64,000 nucleotides of DNA from Eledone cirrhosa (taxonomy: Eukaryota). The notes beneath the pieces are model-generated. The model made no database searches. It was not told the origin of the DNA and worked only from the letters and a program-made list of their open reading frames with translations. How positions within the stretch are numbered: position 1 is the stretch's first letter; each line of letters begins with the position of its first letter. Shown here piece after piece: positions 1 through 13,632 of the stretch. The stretch is from NCBI GenBank assembly GCA_964016885.1, contig OZ024743.1, forward strand, positions 286,688,001-286,752,000, in the 5' to 3' direction. The position numbers were made by a program, and so were the translations under genes.

Positions 1-586
1 CACACATACACAAATAAATAAACAAGTGTTGTTTTTGTTCAGTAAGTGTGACTATTTTTGTCTCTTATGTGGTGGGTCTGCAATAAAGAAACATCGAATA
101 ATTTAAGGATTTATCCCCAAATAAAATATCTTACATATCCTACAAACAAGGATTTCCTACATTAAATGAATTCTGATATGGTTTTGTGACATTCATGTCG
201 TTTCGAAAAGTATAAGCTAAGTCAATGAAAATGTAAATAATTGTTTCTACTTTAGGCACAAGGCCAGCAATTATCCAGTGCATTACTGGTAAATGCCAGC
301 AAAGAAACCCAGTCATATTTTGCTTTTCCTCCAATAATAGGGTAAAAGTGGAGATTTGCGGCGTAGTGAAATATGAACCAGTGATAATTGTTTCTACTTT
401 TGGCACAAGGCCAGCAATTATCCAAGTGCATTACTGGTACTTTGTTTTATCGACCCCGTAAGGATGAAAGGCAAAGTTAACCTCGGAGGGATTTGAACTC
501 AGAACGTGTATATATATAAGTAAAAGGTAAACAGAAATAACAACACAGTTGGTACAGTATATGGAAGGAATATATTAGGTTAACGC

Positions 587-620
<34 letters not shown>

Positions 621-628
<8 letters not shown>

Positions 629-810
629 GGCTTCTACAGGACTAGAACTGTTTCATTCGGGAGAAATCATCAGGAAGCCTGATGATTTCTCCCGAATGAA
701 ACAGTTCTAGTCCTATAGAAGCCATTTCTATATTAAACATTTATACTCTGCTATGTATTGAGTACCTTACTTACTGTGGTTACCCCCGATTGAACCCAGA
801 ATAAACTTAT
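621..810. mobile_element. Non-autonomous PLE-type fold-back module
   Basis: About 50-bp inverted repeat (1 mismatch) centred at 675-677 on the HHR core, flanked by TA/TCTA microsatellites, with motif GTATTGAGTAC at 755-765. Confidence 0.7.
629..679 (-). ncRNA. Type I hammerhead ribozyme
   Basis: Minus strand: GGCTTC-CTGATGA-tTTCtcccGAAt-GAAA-CAG ttctagtc CTGTA-GAAGCC. 6-bp stem I, GUA cleavage triplet. Confidence 0.85.
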
Positions 811-3309
811 CTATCTATCTCTCTATATATACAGTTCCTAACTTACCGATACGTTTTAGCGTGGATACTAATTTAATTAAATGTATTTTTTTCCTCGTAA
901 TTGACATGCTTTTTACAAGAATGAAAATTCTACAACAAATGCCAAAAAATATATTTATATATAAGTTGGTGGGGTGGGGGTAAATATCTATGTAAGAATG
1001 AGTATTTTATTCCAAATACAAACATATTTATGTTATATAAAAATTGGGAGAGTGACAGGGGGCTAATAATCCAAGTTTATGTTCAAAACAGTTTTTTAAG
1101 GGGATAGGAAGTATTCGTTTCGGTAATTCAAGAAAGTGAAGTTACTTTTTGTATATTCCTAATCATTGTTAGTTTCATTTTTAATCACGCCGCAAATATC
1201 CACGTTTAACCTACAGTATTTATCTAAACACCTGGGAAGAATGAAACCCAAAATCGACCTCAGTGACATATGAACTCAGAAATGTGTTTCTAAAGAGGAA
1301 ATAATAAAAGCATTTCATTACAGATATGAAATCTAAATAAAGTTGTGCTGTTCATGTTTTTTTTCAAGGGCATTAGCGACATATGTGGAGGTAGTTGTTA
1401 TAATAATAATTGTTTCTACTTTTGGCACGAGGCCATAAATTATTCAGTGCATTACTGGTACTTTATTTCATCGACCCCGTGAGGATGAAAGGCAAAGTTA
1501 ACCTCGGCGGGATTTGAACTCAGAACGTAAAGGGCTATAACTCTATGCTGCAAAGCCTATGCAAACGCATATTTAAAGATAAGGGAAGCTGTCAACTAAA
1601 TTGACTAATTATACCGACCCCTTTGTTCGATCAGATATTTTCATAAGGAAAAGTATTTCAGTCGACCGAATCCAATCCACTGTGTGAGATCTAAATTCAA
1701 GATTTTTTAAATTCTTTTTTTTCTCAATATCTACAAGCGCGTGTATATTTACAATAACGAAGTAAACATTTACCAGTGAATTAATATACTAAGCTTTCAA
1801 TGAATATAACTAAAGTTTTCATATTATTACTGATTAGTCATAAAATATATCTAATAAAAAATTTATGAAAATAGATAAATTATAAATTCCCTAACTATTT
1901 ACTCGCGTGTAGAGTTAGTTCCAAGGACTGATGTACACACACACACACATATATATATATACATACAGACACATTTATATATACACACATATATATATAT
2001 ACATATAAATGAAAAGTCTATATACATATATATGTATATAGAAAAACACATATATATATATGCATATACATACATATACATCCATACACACACATATATA
2101 TATATGTGCATACACATATAAACCTTGGTATGAGCAAACAAAACAATAATCGACATATTGTCTAATTAAAAAAACATGATCCTGCTTTTGCGATCCCCTA
2201 ACTGGTGATATTTGACTTCATTTACGTTGCTACTGTTAAGCAAAAAGAAGAAAAAAAAAAGACTTGATCATCACAATTTCCCATTCCTTTCCCAGTCTAA
2301 ATATGTCATGTTTCATACCTGTATATGAAACAACAAATGGTAAGTTTATTCGCTTGTGGTGAACTTTAACCATTTTAACGAGGAATTTTCATTCTTTTTT
2401 TTTTTTCGGATAAAAAACCAACTAATTAAACCACAAGGGAATCAACCTGTGGAAAAAAAATACGAAGCAAAGAGAATTAGCAAAGAACCAAAAAGGTAGA
2501 ATAGAAAAAAAAATAATAAAGAGGAATGCAAGTTTATCTACTCACAACAAATGCTGCTGACAGAGGTATATGTTAAAGAAAACCCGTGACCTCGTCAACT
2601 CTCGCAATTTCTCGTTTACTTTCACACTTGTCACTCACGTTTTAGCAGTTGATTCTTTTCCAATATTTTCCTTCTTTGATTCTATTACCTCTTGGGAAAG
2701 GCATGAATGAAAACGATTCTAATTTCTATTACCTTTATAAATATGTGGTTTTTGCGTTTAAACAATTAGTTTTCGTTTCTCATGTAGATGTTCATGAATT
2801 TACTAAAGGTACTAGCATTATTTATTGGAAGTCAATTGTATAAGAAAAAAAACTATTTTGGGATTTTTACTTTAGTTTTTATATTTTAAACGAGTGCCAA
2901 ATTATCTAATTAATTAACTATATGTTGCTCATTGTTTATTGGATAACCTACAACTTAATGTAGGTATACTTACAATTTTAACCCTGCAGCGAAATGTAAA
3001 CATCTCTGAGCGGAAATATTTCAGGAATGCCTCGACTGTCTATCTTTTTTTTTAGAGATTCATCGGAGAACAAGTATTCGCATTTTCTCCGCAACGAAAA
3101 TATGGAAAGCTTATAGATATTTATTTACTACATAGCATTTATTGCTTATTGTGAAATTTAAAATAGGTGTATCTACGAATTTAGCCTCGCTGTGATATGT
3201 AAACACGTGCAAACAATTTTTAGCAAATGTTTATATTTCCTCGTAAGAAGCAACATCTCTGTCGAGTCTCCACTTTCAGCAAAATCGAATTTCCTAAAAG
3301 TGGAGATTT

Positions 3310-3493
3310 CAGACCTGCCAAAATCCCAAAACCAAAACGGGGAAAAAAGTGCCCCCAAACGAGGAGAGATGAGGCAAAATGGAGAGATTTTACATAATGA
3401 AAGATATACCCAGTTTTACTAGTGAAGGCATCTCTCACCCAGCCTATGTGGGTGGGGGGTCTCCCCGTTAGACGGGGAGAGTTGACAGGTCTG
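3310..3493. mobile_element. Short MITE with CAG-starting TIRs
   Basis: CAGACCTGCCAA...TTGACAGGTCTG (11/12 match) and a subterminal hairpin tctccccgt-tag-acggggaga. TSD is imperfect. Confidence 0.55.
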
Positions 3494-3547
3494 AGATTCT
3501 TTTTTGTTTTTGTACCTGTATTCATTTCGCAGCGAAATTGTATGTAT

Positions 3548-3724
3548 CTTAGTCTTAAATTCTTCCACGCCGATCGGCGCATCGAGCAGTAAGTACTCGC
3601 CAACGGTCACGATCAGCGGCAACTTTTTCGAGACCGTGCCAGGTGATGTTGGCTGCCACAAGTCCTTCCGGAACGTTCGTCGCCAGGTGATCCTTGGGCA
3701 ACCCCGCCTCCGTTTACCGCCATG
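3548..3724 (-). mobile_element. RTE-type LINE 3' end
   Basis: Minus strand HGGKRRRGCPRITWRRTF...ADRDRWRVLTARCADRRGRI-stop, then a TAAG-like tail. Confidence 0.7.
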
Positions 3725-4189
3725 TATACTAACATTAAATTTCAGAGTATCCTATAAACACTACTGATTTCCAATTTAGACATAAGACCAGAACATTTGG
3801 GAAAGGGCAAAGTTGAAATCAACCCCAGTACTTGACTTCTTATTCGAACTCAGAATGTAAAGAGACAGAACAAATACTGCAATGACATTTTATCTGTGCT
3901 CCTTCGCACAACCTGTATCCTGCAGTGAGGGCCTGTAGCTGACTGAATAAAATTGTAAAATACGAGGAATTATTGGGAAAGTTTTTTTTTCAGCTTGTGG
4001 TGTTCAAAACGTTTGAAGGAACTGAGTTACTGTCAATGAGGTTCTTGTAATTATTGGCAGTTCACCCTACTGAAGTAATAGTCTAAGCCTCGCTATCATC
4101 TGCGACAATGCTGCGTGTATGTTGGCTTGCCTAAAAAATTATTAGAGGGTAACTCCACCTCCTCTTGTTGCATGTGATCGAGTGTACGA

Positions 4190-4920
4190 TCTCACTAACT
4201 GCATTAAGGTATTTGAGATGGTGGTGAGATCACAAATAACTCACTGCCTCGAAAGCAACAATCTGCTGAGCTCCAGCCAGCATGTATTCCTTGATGGCAT
4301 GTATTTTCTAATGCAGCCTCTACATCACTTTTATAACACCCTAAAAGCTTTAGGAGAGGGCTCCAACAATGATGTTATATGCCCTGATTTCAGCAAGGCA
4401 TTTGACAGGGTTGACACCACATCATGTTGAAGAAACTATCCAACATAGGTGTTTGTGGAAAGTTACTACAACAAATTAAGTGTTTCCTGATGAACAGAGC
4501 CCAGCATGTGGTCAAAGGAACATGATCAAGCTCAGGTAAAGTCAGTAGTGGTGTCCCCCAAGGTACAGAATTGGGCCCACTTCTCTTCATTATTTATATC
4601 TTGGCAGTATCGGTAAAGGGTCGGATGCCATGCTTTGACGCATAGAGTTACGGCCCTTGCCATTCTGAGTTCAAATCCCGCCGAGGTTAACTTTGCCTTT
4701 CATCCTTACGGGGGTCGATAAAATAAAGTACCAGTAATGCAGCTGAGTATTTGCTGGCCTTGTGCCAAAAGTAGAAACAATTATTTATATCAATGACATT
4801 ATCGACATCAAGCACAGCAACATAAGAATCTTCGCAGATGATTCCAAGCTATAGAAAGTTATGAACAGAGTGGAAAACTGGTTATCCCTTCAATTGGATC
4901 TGTTAGCTGTTATCTAATAG
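4190..4920 (+). mobile_element. CR1/L2-group LINE RT remnant interrupted by a SINE
   Basis: DVICPDFSKAFDRVD...SGVPQGTELGPLLFIIYI[SINE]NDI...FADDSKL. Confidence 0.8.
4601..4779 (+). mobile_element. SINE family A (tRNA-like head, Deu/Nin-like core) with 12-bp TSD
   Basis: A-box-like TGGCAGTATCGG, B box GAGTTCAAATCC, core GCCTTTCATCCTTACGGGGGTCGATAAAATAAAGTACCAG. TSD ATTATTTATATC at 4589-4600 and 4780-4791. Confidence 0.92.
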
Positions 4921-4959
4921 GCGGGGGGAAAAAAATGCTATTTCAGCTTGTGTAGAGAC

Positions 4960-6300
4960 AAATGTGAGTGGAACAAACCAGAAGTAATTTTTATTTTGGC
5001 TATGACTTTTCAGTGAAAGGTATATCTGTGGATCCTGCCAAAGTAGCAGTAATCACTAAGCTCACTAGCCAGAAATTGCAGTGTGTACTGGGTGTTTTTT
5101 TTATTATGGCACCAATACAACTCAGCAACCTCTCGGAGAGAGATAAGGAGGAGCTTAGAATTGAGGATGGCACTGAATATTACATCAACATCATCATTGC
5201 TAATGATCTCTCAGATGGTGTTACCCTAGAAATGTTAAAAGGGAAACTAAGAATGATGACACTAGCTATGCTTAAAGTTGACATATTGAAGAAAGGCCAG
5301 CAGTACAACCCTTTAAACACATTTTTGCAGAACTATCAATTGCTAAATCACTAGTTCTAAGGGAGACTCGTATTGTTATCCCTAAGAAGCTAGAAGCTGA
5401 TATTATTGCTCTTACCCATGAAGAGCACCAGGGACTGACAAAAACAAAACGATCTGCAAAGCAGAGTCTAGTTCCCCAATATAGACAAAGTGACTGAAGA
5501 ATTTGTTAGAAGCTGCAAAGCTTCACAGTGAACCATTGAAACCAAATACCATTCCAGGAAAGCTATGGCAAAATTTATGCATGGATTTTAAAGGATCTAT
5601 TGAAAGAAAATTCTACTTTTTGCTCTTGATAGATGAGAACAAGTGTTTCCCTGAAGTAGAAATGATGACAACTTTGGTGGACCATTTGATTCTGTTTGAT
5701 TCTGAAGCTTCACAGAATGCTATGCACCCATGGTATGCCATTCAAGTCAGAGGAATTCAGGAAATATGTTAAATGGCAAAGTGAATGTATGCAGGTGAAT
5801 TGAACCAGAACACCCTGAGGGCAATGGATTTGATGAAAATTGTATGTGGATGTTGGGCAAAGTAGCGCACCCTGCTTATATTGAGGGACAGGATCCAAGA
5901 TAAATGGTCTACAACTTCTTGCTGAATTACTGTGCAACTCCACATAGTACAACCAGTGTCAGCCCAGCTGAAAACCTGTTCAATCACACAATATCAACTA
6001 AGGTGCCTAAACTCAAACCAGCATCATCAGGAGCAATGTATAATCAGATCATCTAGCATGATTCAGTCACAGAACAGAAAGCCAAAAAGTTGTTTGACAA
6101 ATGAAACAATTCTACTGAGCATCAGATACATGTTGGTAACCAGGTGATAATACGATAAAAAAAGCAATGACCAACCCTTCCTTCAACCTTCTGACCTTCA
6201 CAGTAACTGAAATCAAGGGCTCAATGATTACAGGGCAATGAGACAATCAGAAATTCACCCACGATGCATCTAAGTGGAAACTCCTCCCAGACAGACCAAC
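4960..6300 (+). mobile_element. Ty3/Gypsy LTR-retrotransposon pol remnant (RT end, integrase)
   Basis: FGYDFSVKGISVDPAKV; RIVIPKKL...HEEHQGLTKTK (integrase zinc-finger region); WQNLCMDFKG...LLIDENKCFPEVE (integrase core). Frameshifted. Confidence 0.78.
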
Positions 6301-7125
6301 ATATGTGTGCCCTAAGGGGAGAAAGGCAGAGGAATATGATAGAAATAGCAATGGAGAGTATTTGGGCATACCAATTCAAACCAACTAAAGGAAGCAAAAA
6401 CACAATTTGCTAGTGTATCAGCAGATGTCAATCAAGTAGTATTTGAAGTTTGCTGCAACAATAGAAATCTTTGACCTTCACCTTGCGTAAGCGACTATGT
6501 TCAGAACTGAGACGGGTAGAGATGTGATGATTCTGACTTGGGTTTCATCTGTTTTTCCAGATACTTGATCTATTGTGTTTATATTCTGGTGTCCTGTTGA
6601 TGTTTGAACTATATTTACTTGACAACTATCAATTGTTTTCTTTGGGTGCATAATCAGTGCTACCCATTCTTTCGTAAGGAAACCACCATGTTCCAAATGT
6701 TCTCCATTTTCGAAATACTGAATTTTTGCGCTGAATTTCCCTCTCTCACGTAGATTGGACACTTCTGCTTTTGTAAATTGAATCTGCGATAGACCAATCC
6801 CCCCCCCCCCCAAAAAAAAGACTAACAAAACAACAATAATAGTAAACACTTCTACAAAAACCGTACCATGTTTCTTCAGAGGTTTCTCGAAAAGCTGACA
6901 GTCTATGAAACTAAAAAAAAAAAAAGAAAACTCCACACAAACGAAAATGAAAGAACAGGGTTACAAAATATGCAAGATTGTAGTGGAAATTGGCTGATTG
7001 AAGATTTAAGAAAAGCATGTAATTTGAAGAAAATTACGAAAAAAAACTTTAAAAAAAACAAACTTTTACTGAGTTACCTCCCTTATATTAATAATGATCT
7101 CTTTACTTTCAACAAGGCATTAAAC

Positions 7126-9560
7126 CACAGGTTCTCAACCCATTTAGGCCAAACGCCTCTTTTGTCCCTCGAAATCACGGAACGCCCCCCCCCCCCTCCC
7201 CTCTATTTTTCCATTTTTCAATATACTACTGATTTTGATATCTGTAGATTACTAAAAAATTGATTAACAATATTCTAAAGATACCATTGCAGGCAGCTGA
7301 GAGTATAAATACATTCATTAAAAGGAAATATATAAATTTCAAAAAAAGGAACATAAATGTTCTTTTTTATGAATAAGGATCAGTTGAATTTGTTATATTC
7401 CCACCAGGCGATACCAACTATTTATGAACATTTATACAAGAGCAACTCTGTCTATCCAAAGAGTGCTCTTATCTGGAAGAAAGTGGCAATTATATCATTT
7501 CAAAGCTTTCCAATTTTCCCTTTAATGAAACAGACAGAATAAATGTTGATATCTAACTTGATGTCCCCTCTGCTTTGTGAGCTTAGAGACCACGGAAGAG
7601 GGTTTTCATGACCACGCGGGAGGGTATATTTATTAGTAAATGGTAAAATATATACAACAAATGAGTAAGTGAATTGTAGTAGATGGTTTCCAGTCCAGTC
7701 AGACTGCAACTACAAATAAAAAAAATTGTTAGTTTGCTTTGTAACAATAGCATATCTAAGTTTTCGGATAAATCAACTTACTTTAACTTTGACCTCATTT
7801 CAATGGGACCCTTGAACTTTATGGAGTCTAGCTAACTCTTTGACGTCAGGCTGGATTTTTCGTAAGATGTAACCGGAGATCTCCACATGTAATTACATTG
7901 TAGCGGTTGCGAGCCTTACTGTGCAGTCTGGAAACAGCACCAAACCTCCTCTTGACTAAGTATGAGCTTGGAAAAGGCAGAGCAAATCTCTTAGCCTCTG
8001 CATGTAGGTGTGGAAATCGACGCTGAATTTCCTCTTGCATCCAAAAAAGGGGTTCACCTATTTTGGGAAATCTAATTTTGATCATGTCATCTGCTTGAAG
8101 TTCAATGAATTCTTCCTGAAATATAACGTCCAAATCATCGACGTTAGCTGTGAAGGGATCTGCTACCCACTTTGGGATGTCCATCGGCAAAAGGTCGACA
8201 AACCGTTCTCTCATGTTGTCTTGTAGCGCACGGAGGTGAGCGGTATAAATTTGGAGTTGGTCATCGCTTACAATGTTTTGAACATTGGCGACACTAGGAA
8301 AATTATAGAATTCCCGTCAACAAAGATTCCTTTCGATGACATTCAATTTGGCCAGGAATGTTTTCACAGCATTCCTTGCTTTAAGTAAGGTGATCTTCCC
8401 CTGCAAAGCCAAAATGACGCTATTGCATTTGTCGACGATGTCGGTGAGGTAGGCACAGTTTTGCTTCACATCGAGGGTTTTCTTGTACAGTTCTGTGTTG
8501 TGTCCTCGCAGAAACTCAATGATAGAGTCAAACAGTTCAAAGAAGTGAGTAAGGCACTTGCCCTTTGAAAGCCATCTCACTTCATTATGAAGGAGCAACT
8601 TGACGAATTCTTCGTCATTATCTTGGCACAGTTGCCGGAAAATTTGTTCATTGAGGGAATGCCGTTTGATAAAATTGATGACATCAAGGGCCACCTGCAA
8701 GGACTTGCTCAGTGGCTTGCTGAGTTTCTTCACAGCCAAGTGTTGTCGATGAATGACACAATGAACAACAAATACAGATAGATTTTCTCTCTTCAGAAGA
8801 GTGACGAAACCCTTATGTTGGCCGACCATTGCTCTAGCGTCATCCGTAGCACATGATACAATGTGTGTTGTATTTGGTCCTAGATGTATGTATTACCTGC
8901 CTGTGTGTTGTAGGTAGTCCTAGATGTATGTATTACCTGCTTATGTATTGCATGTGGTCCTAGATGTATGTATTACCTGCTTATGTGTTGTATGTGGTCC
9001 TAAATGTATGTATTACTTGCCTGTGTGTTGTATGTGGTCCTAGATGTGTGTATTATCTTATTATGTGTTGTGTGTGGTCCTAGATGTATGTGCTACCCGC
9101 TTCTGTGTTTTTTTTATTTGTAATATTATTTATACAATAGGAAATAAAATAGATTTACATAGTGTTAACTCGTTACGGTTGAGTCAATAACTTCAGACAT
9201 GAAATACATTGTTATCGGTGAAGGAAAGATAAGATTCTAACTGGCTGCGATTGAAGTGTCCTTGACCCAGTGGACTGTGGGTTTTTCCATTGTTAGGATC
9301 TCAATTGCCGGTTAATGTCTAAACACGCCTGCACACCTGCTCACAGCTGCGGTCAGACCATAGTTATGCTGTCTGCATGCTCATTCAAATGCATTTACAC
9401 TGGCTGTCTCAAAGACATACAAACATGGCTTATAAAACTTACCAAAGTAAAGAGCCTTCCAGTGCACTCCAAAGCTCCAAATGCCCCCTTGCTCCCCCCC
9501 CCCCCCCCGGATTTCCGAAACGCCCCCTGGGGGTGCATATGCCCCCGTTGAGAACCTTTG
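7126..9560 (-). mobile_element. hAT (Buster/Charlie-type) DNA transposon, internally deleted
   Basis: TIRs CACAGGTTCTCAAC / GTTGAGAACCTTTG and a perfect 8-bp TSD CATTAAAC at 7118-7125 and 9561-9568. Transposase remnant at about 7800-8860 with HCVIHRQHL, VRWLSKG, FPSSYLV and GDLRL. Confidence 0.93.
8863..9108. repeat. 40-bp minisatellite, about 6 copies, inside the hAT element
   Basis: tagatgtatg (with variants) recurs at 8881, 8921, 8961, 9001, 9041 and 9081. Confidence 0.9.
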
Positions 9561-9959
9561 CATTAAACGATAGAAAATTAATCCTTGAAGGAAACATAAT
9601 GGACTATAATAATAACAACAATAATAATATTTATAATAATCGTTTCTTATTGAGGCACGAAGCCAGTAATTTTAAGGGAAGGGGAAAGTCGATTATATCA
9701 ACACTAGTAATTGACTGGTAATTTATTTTATCAACCCTGAAAGGATGACAGGCAAATTTGACTGCAGCAGGAATTGAACTCAGAATGTAAGCAGCCAGAA
9801 CAAATACTATGCCTTAACTATGCTCTAATGCTTCTGCCAACCTACCGCTATTTTATACCTGCCTTCTATAATAATTTTAATGGTGGTAATAATAATATTA
9901 ATTAGTATTTCTAGTATAAGCTATAGGAATCAGCTTAACAACACACAGAAGTTTCCATG

Positions 9960-11225
9960 GAAAGCTAGTCTTAAACTCCTCTGTTATGACCCGGAGTCTT
10001 ATAATAAACAGGAGAGGGGTGAGGACCGAGTCTTATGAACACTCACATGCTCATTGAATTCCTCACTAAACTTTTTATCAACTCTTACTTTACTGACAAC
10101 ACCTCTGTACACAGCTTGCATTGCTTTTATGAACCATTCATCTACACCTAGTTTCCTAAAAGATCACTAAATATCAGATCATGGTACTCTGACAAATGCC
10201 TTTTCCAGATCTACAAAAGCTTGGTATAGCAACTTACACTTAGCCACGAACTTGTCTTGTAGTTACCCCACTAAGAAGATGCCTTCTGTAGTGCACCTTT
10301 TTAGCACAAAACCAAACTACATCTCATCTAATTTTATACTTTTTATAGCCGGTCCCTCAGTTGAGCCTACTAGGGGTACTCCCTCTTCTTTCCACTCATT
10401 CTACACATTCACCAACCTCTCAAAGTAGCATTTCCAGACCTCTTTCTTCTGAGCATCAATGTGGTTAAGTGTGCCGGAGACATTTCGAACATACTTCTCC
10501 CAATGACATCCTGATTCATTTTGGATTCATTTTTGCTTCACAATGCAGAACACTTCACATTGCAGCACCTTAGCAAACCTCTTGTTTTCTGCTTTTCTCC
10601 ATGCTTTGTAAACCTGTTATCTAGCTTCTCTTTTAGCTATTTAATATTGCATTTTGCTGTCCCCATTTTTCTAGTCTATCCATCCCTCTCTTATCTTTAA
10701 TAGCTCTATCTATGGTACTGTTCCACCACTAATCACCTTTCATCTGGTTGGTACGTTCCAATTGTTCTCTATGTCATACATACCTGTTTGAGGCCCCTCT
10801 CATTGTATGGGTCATGTAGAGCTTTTCCAAACCTATATTTAATTGCGAGGTCTTTTAGCTTCCATACTCTCCTTCTCCAGATTGACATGTATTTCTAATT
10901 TTGTCTGATAGTTATTCTGATGTCACTAATAACTAATTTGTGTAGGGTGGTGTATTCTTCTGTGGGAAAAAGACTTAGTATTTTTAATTATCTGTCTTTC
11001 TCACTTTCTAATGAGCATGAAGTCGATCTGGATTGCATGTTCACCTGATTAGTAGGTGATCAAGTGGTTGACCAATTGCCTGAAATTATTGTTACAAATG
11101 GTCAAGTCAATTGCATCACTGAATTATAGGAGCCTTGGTCCTTCTTCATTTCTATAACTATATCTATAGCCACTGTGCACTCCATTGTAACCATTTTGGT
11201 GTTGCTCAACATGTCCATTGGTGTT
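9960..11225 (-). mobile_element. Old RTE LINE fragment (APE C-terminus to RT N-terminus)
   Basis: Minus-strand translation gives NGHVEQH...RNEEG...QIDFML and LDEM*FGFV...AFVDLEKAF with many stops. Confidence 0.75.
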
Positions 11226-11660
11226 ACCTGCCAGGTTGAAATTTGAAAAAGAAAGGAATCAATGTGTGCAAGTCAGAATTATTGACAATTAACCAATCCA
11301 AGTAGTGTCAGATCATCTATGATAAAACCAAACATTTCAACAACATGAACCAAACATTTCAATTATAAATATGAGCATAGAAAGTAGGAAGAAGTGATCC
11401 ACACGGAACCTCTTCTTGCTTGAGACATCAAAATCCCAGCCAGCAACCAAATTTCTTACATATTCACATGTGGGTCCACAGAAGTTCAACCTGGTAGGCA
11501 ACCATTCTCAACTCAGAGGGATTTCTATTACAGATGACTTGAAAAGGCCCAGCATACATTGAGTGAGTTGTCAACTCAAACTGAGTTTTTCTAAGTTTCT
11601 TATTTTATTCTGAAGTCAGAGATTTTGCCATAGATAAATATATAACCCCTAGAAACTTTA

Positions 11661-12763
11661 ATCATCATCATCATCATCATAATCACCGTTTAACGTCTGT
11701 TCTTCCACACTAGCATGGGTTAGATGGGTTGTCCTGTTGTGAGCAGTGTCCGGTCGGCTAACCTTGTCTTGCTCATACGGGAACTGATTCTGGCTTGATT
11801 TCTACAGCTGGATGTCCTTCCTAACACCAACCTCATTTACAGTGAGTGCTGGGTGCTTTTTTTCCGTGGCGCCTACATGTCCACTTTACAGTGTTAGCTG
11901 GGTGCTTTTTTGCCATGGCACTTCCACGACCACTTTACAGTAGGAGGGGTGGGAGCATATTGTCTATATGCTTGAGCTTCGGCTTGTACCCGTGGGAAGT
12001 CGGGTCTTCTGTATTACTGCGTGATGCCAGGGGTCACGGACCTGTGTCATCGCCTTTGAGAGGTGCAATTGGGTAAGATTGGCTTTTATCACCTCATCCC
12101 AGGTCTTCTTGGGTCTCCCCACTCCACAGCTTCCATCGACTTCTAGTACTCTGCAGCTGTCATCCTTCATACACATCACATGTCCATACCAACGCAACCT
12201 CCTCTCCTGCACACAGCATTTGATTCCTCTTATGCTCAGTGTCTCTCTCAATTCATTTATGCTTTGCTGTTTACGTATATTACTATTACACATCCATCGG
12301 AGCATGCAGGCTTCGTTTCTTTCTAATCTACGCAACTCTTCTACAGACAACGGCCAGGTCTCACTATCATGTAACACTGCTGTTTGTATGCATGCATCAT
12401 ACAGTCTGCCTTTCATTTTAAGGGAAAAGCCTTTTGCAACCAGCAGTGGCAGTAGCTCCCTGAACTTCTTCCATCTCGTTCTTACCCTAGTTACTGTACT
12501 TTCCGAACACCCACCTCTGTTACTAATTCGGTTACCTAGGTAGCAAAAGCTGTCTACTGTTTCTACAGAGCCCTCCCAGAGTTTAGTGGTGTTTCTTTCC
12601 TGTGGCCATTTGCTGCTACATGTGCACAGCTGCTACATGTGAAGCCTACATTCTTAGCTAAGCTTCCTGAGATCCCACTACATCTCTTGTGTACCCATTG
12701 TTTGCATTTAGGGCAGAGGATGGAGTTCCTACCTACACCTTTCCTACATACTGAGCAAGGCCA
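11661..12763 (-). mobile_element. 5'-truncated RTE LINE, related subfamily
   Basis: WPCSVCRKGVGRNSILCPKCKQWVHKRC and MKGRLYDAC...RRLRWYGHV; 3' UTR and (ATG)n tail. Confidence 0.88.
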
Positions 12764-13632
12764 TAATAATCTAATTCTCTCTGAATTACAAATATTTATA
12801 TGGACTGTATTCATCTCTGGTTTCTTTAGTATTAAGGGGATGAGAAATAAATGTCTTCTTTGGTGGATTATTAATCTACCACATGCAAAGTCTTAAAGAA
12901 GAGAAAGAAACAGTATAATGGATACAGTGTAGTAGGATATGAATTCATCACTTGATTATCTAGTACTCTTGGCTATCCATTGCTATTTTGTTTGGCCTTC
13001 ATAAATCCATCTTTGTGTCTAAATAAGAAATCATGAACATTTTCAAGTAAAAACTTTAAATATAATATTTCTATCAGCTTGACTTATAAAAATGAACTAA
13101 TATTTTGTTAGTTTACAGTGCTGTGATTAACTTCTTCTTTCATATTGAAATAGGCGAGTAGAAGAATCCTCTATAGTGAAAGTGATGATGAACTTCAAAG
13201 AATTATTACTCATTCACTCATTCACTCTGGCCTTTGCAATTAGAAAAAAAGAAAGAAAAATCGGTTTGTTTGTATCATTTATTGTTACTTTCACTTCATC
13301 AGTAAGTTTGACATTTGTTTGTGAGATAGCTTCATCTTTGAAAAAATGTCAACCAATTGAAAAATTAATGAATGCTTATGATTTTCTGTCAATGGCTCAA
13401 GAAAATAATGATTTATTCTGATTAGACGCAAGGCCAGTTTTGTTAAGGAAGGAGATATAATCAGTTGGTCCAAATCAATTTATTACAGAAAGATAAAAAT
13501 AGAGTCAACTCCAATTCGCATTGAATTTAAAAGTAGATATAGAAAAGCATTCTGTAGTCTCTAAGCTCTCTAGAGTATTAATATTAAGTATATTAACCTT
13601 CTTCACATCTCTGTATTAAATGGAGGAGATAT

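Larger units (their letters stand above)
238..1560 (-). mobile_element. Family A SINE copies and fragments (238-294, 385-508, about 1232-1285, 1408-1560)
   Basis: Repeated attgtttctacttt.ggcac.aggcca...gatttgaactcagaa. Further copies at about 3770-3880, 9640-9845 and 33847-33940. Confidence 0.8.

Noticed and set aside
8863-9108. CRISPR-like array
   Set aside because: Contiguous 40-bp units without unique spacers, in a eukaryotic context with no cas genes.
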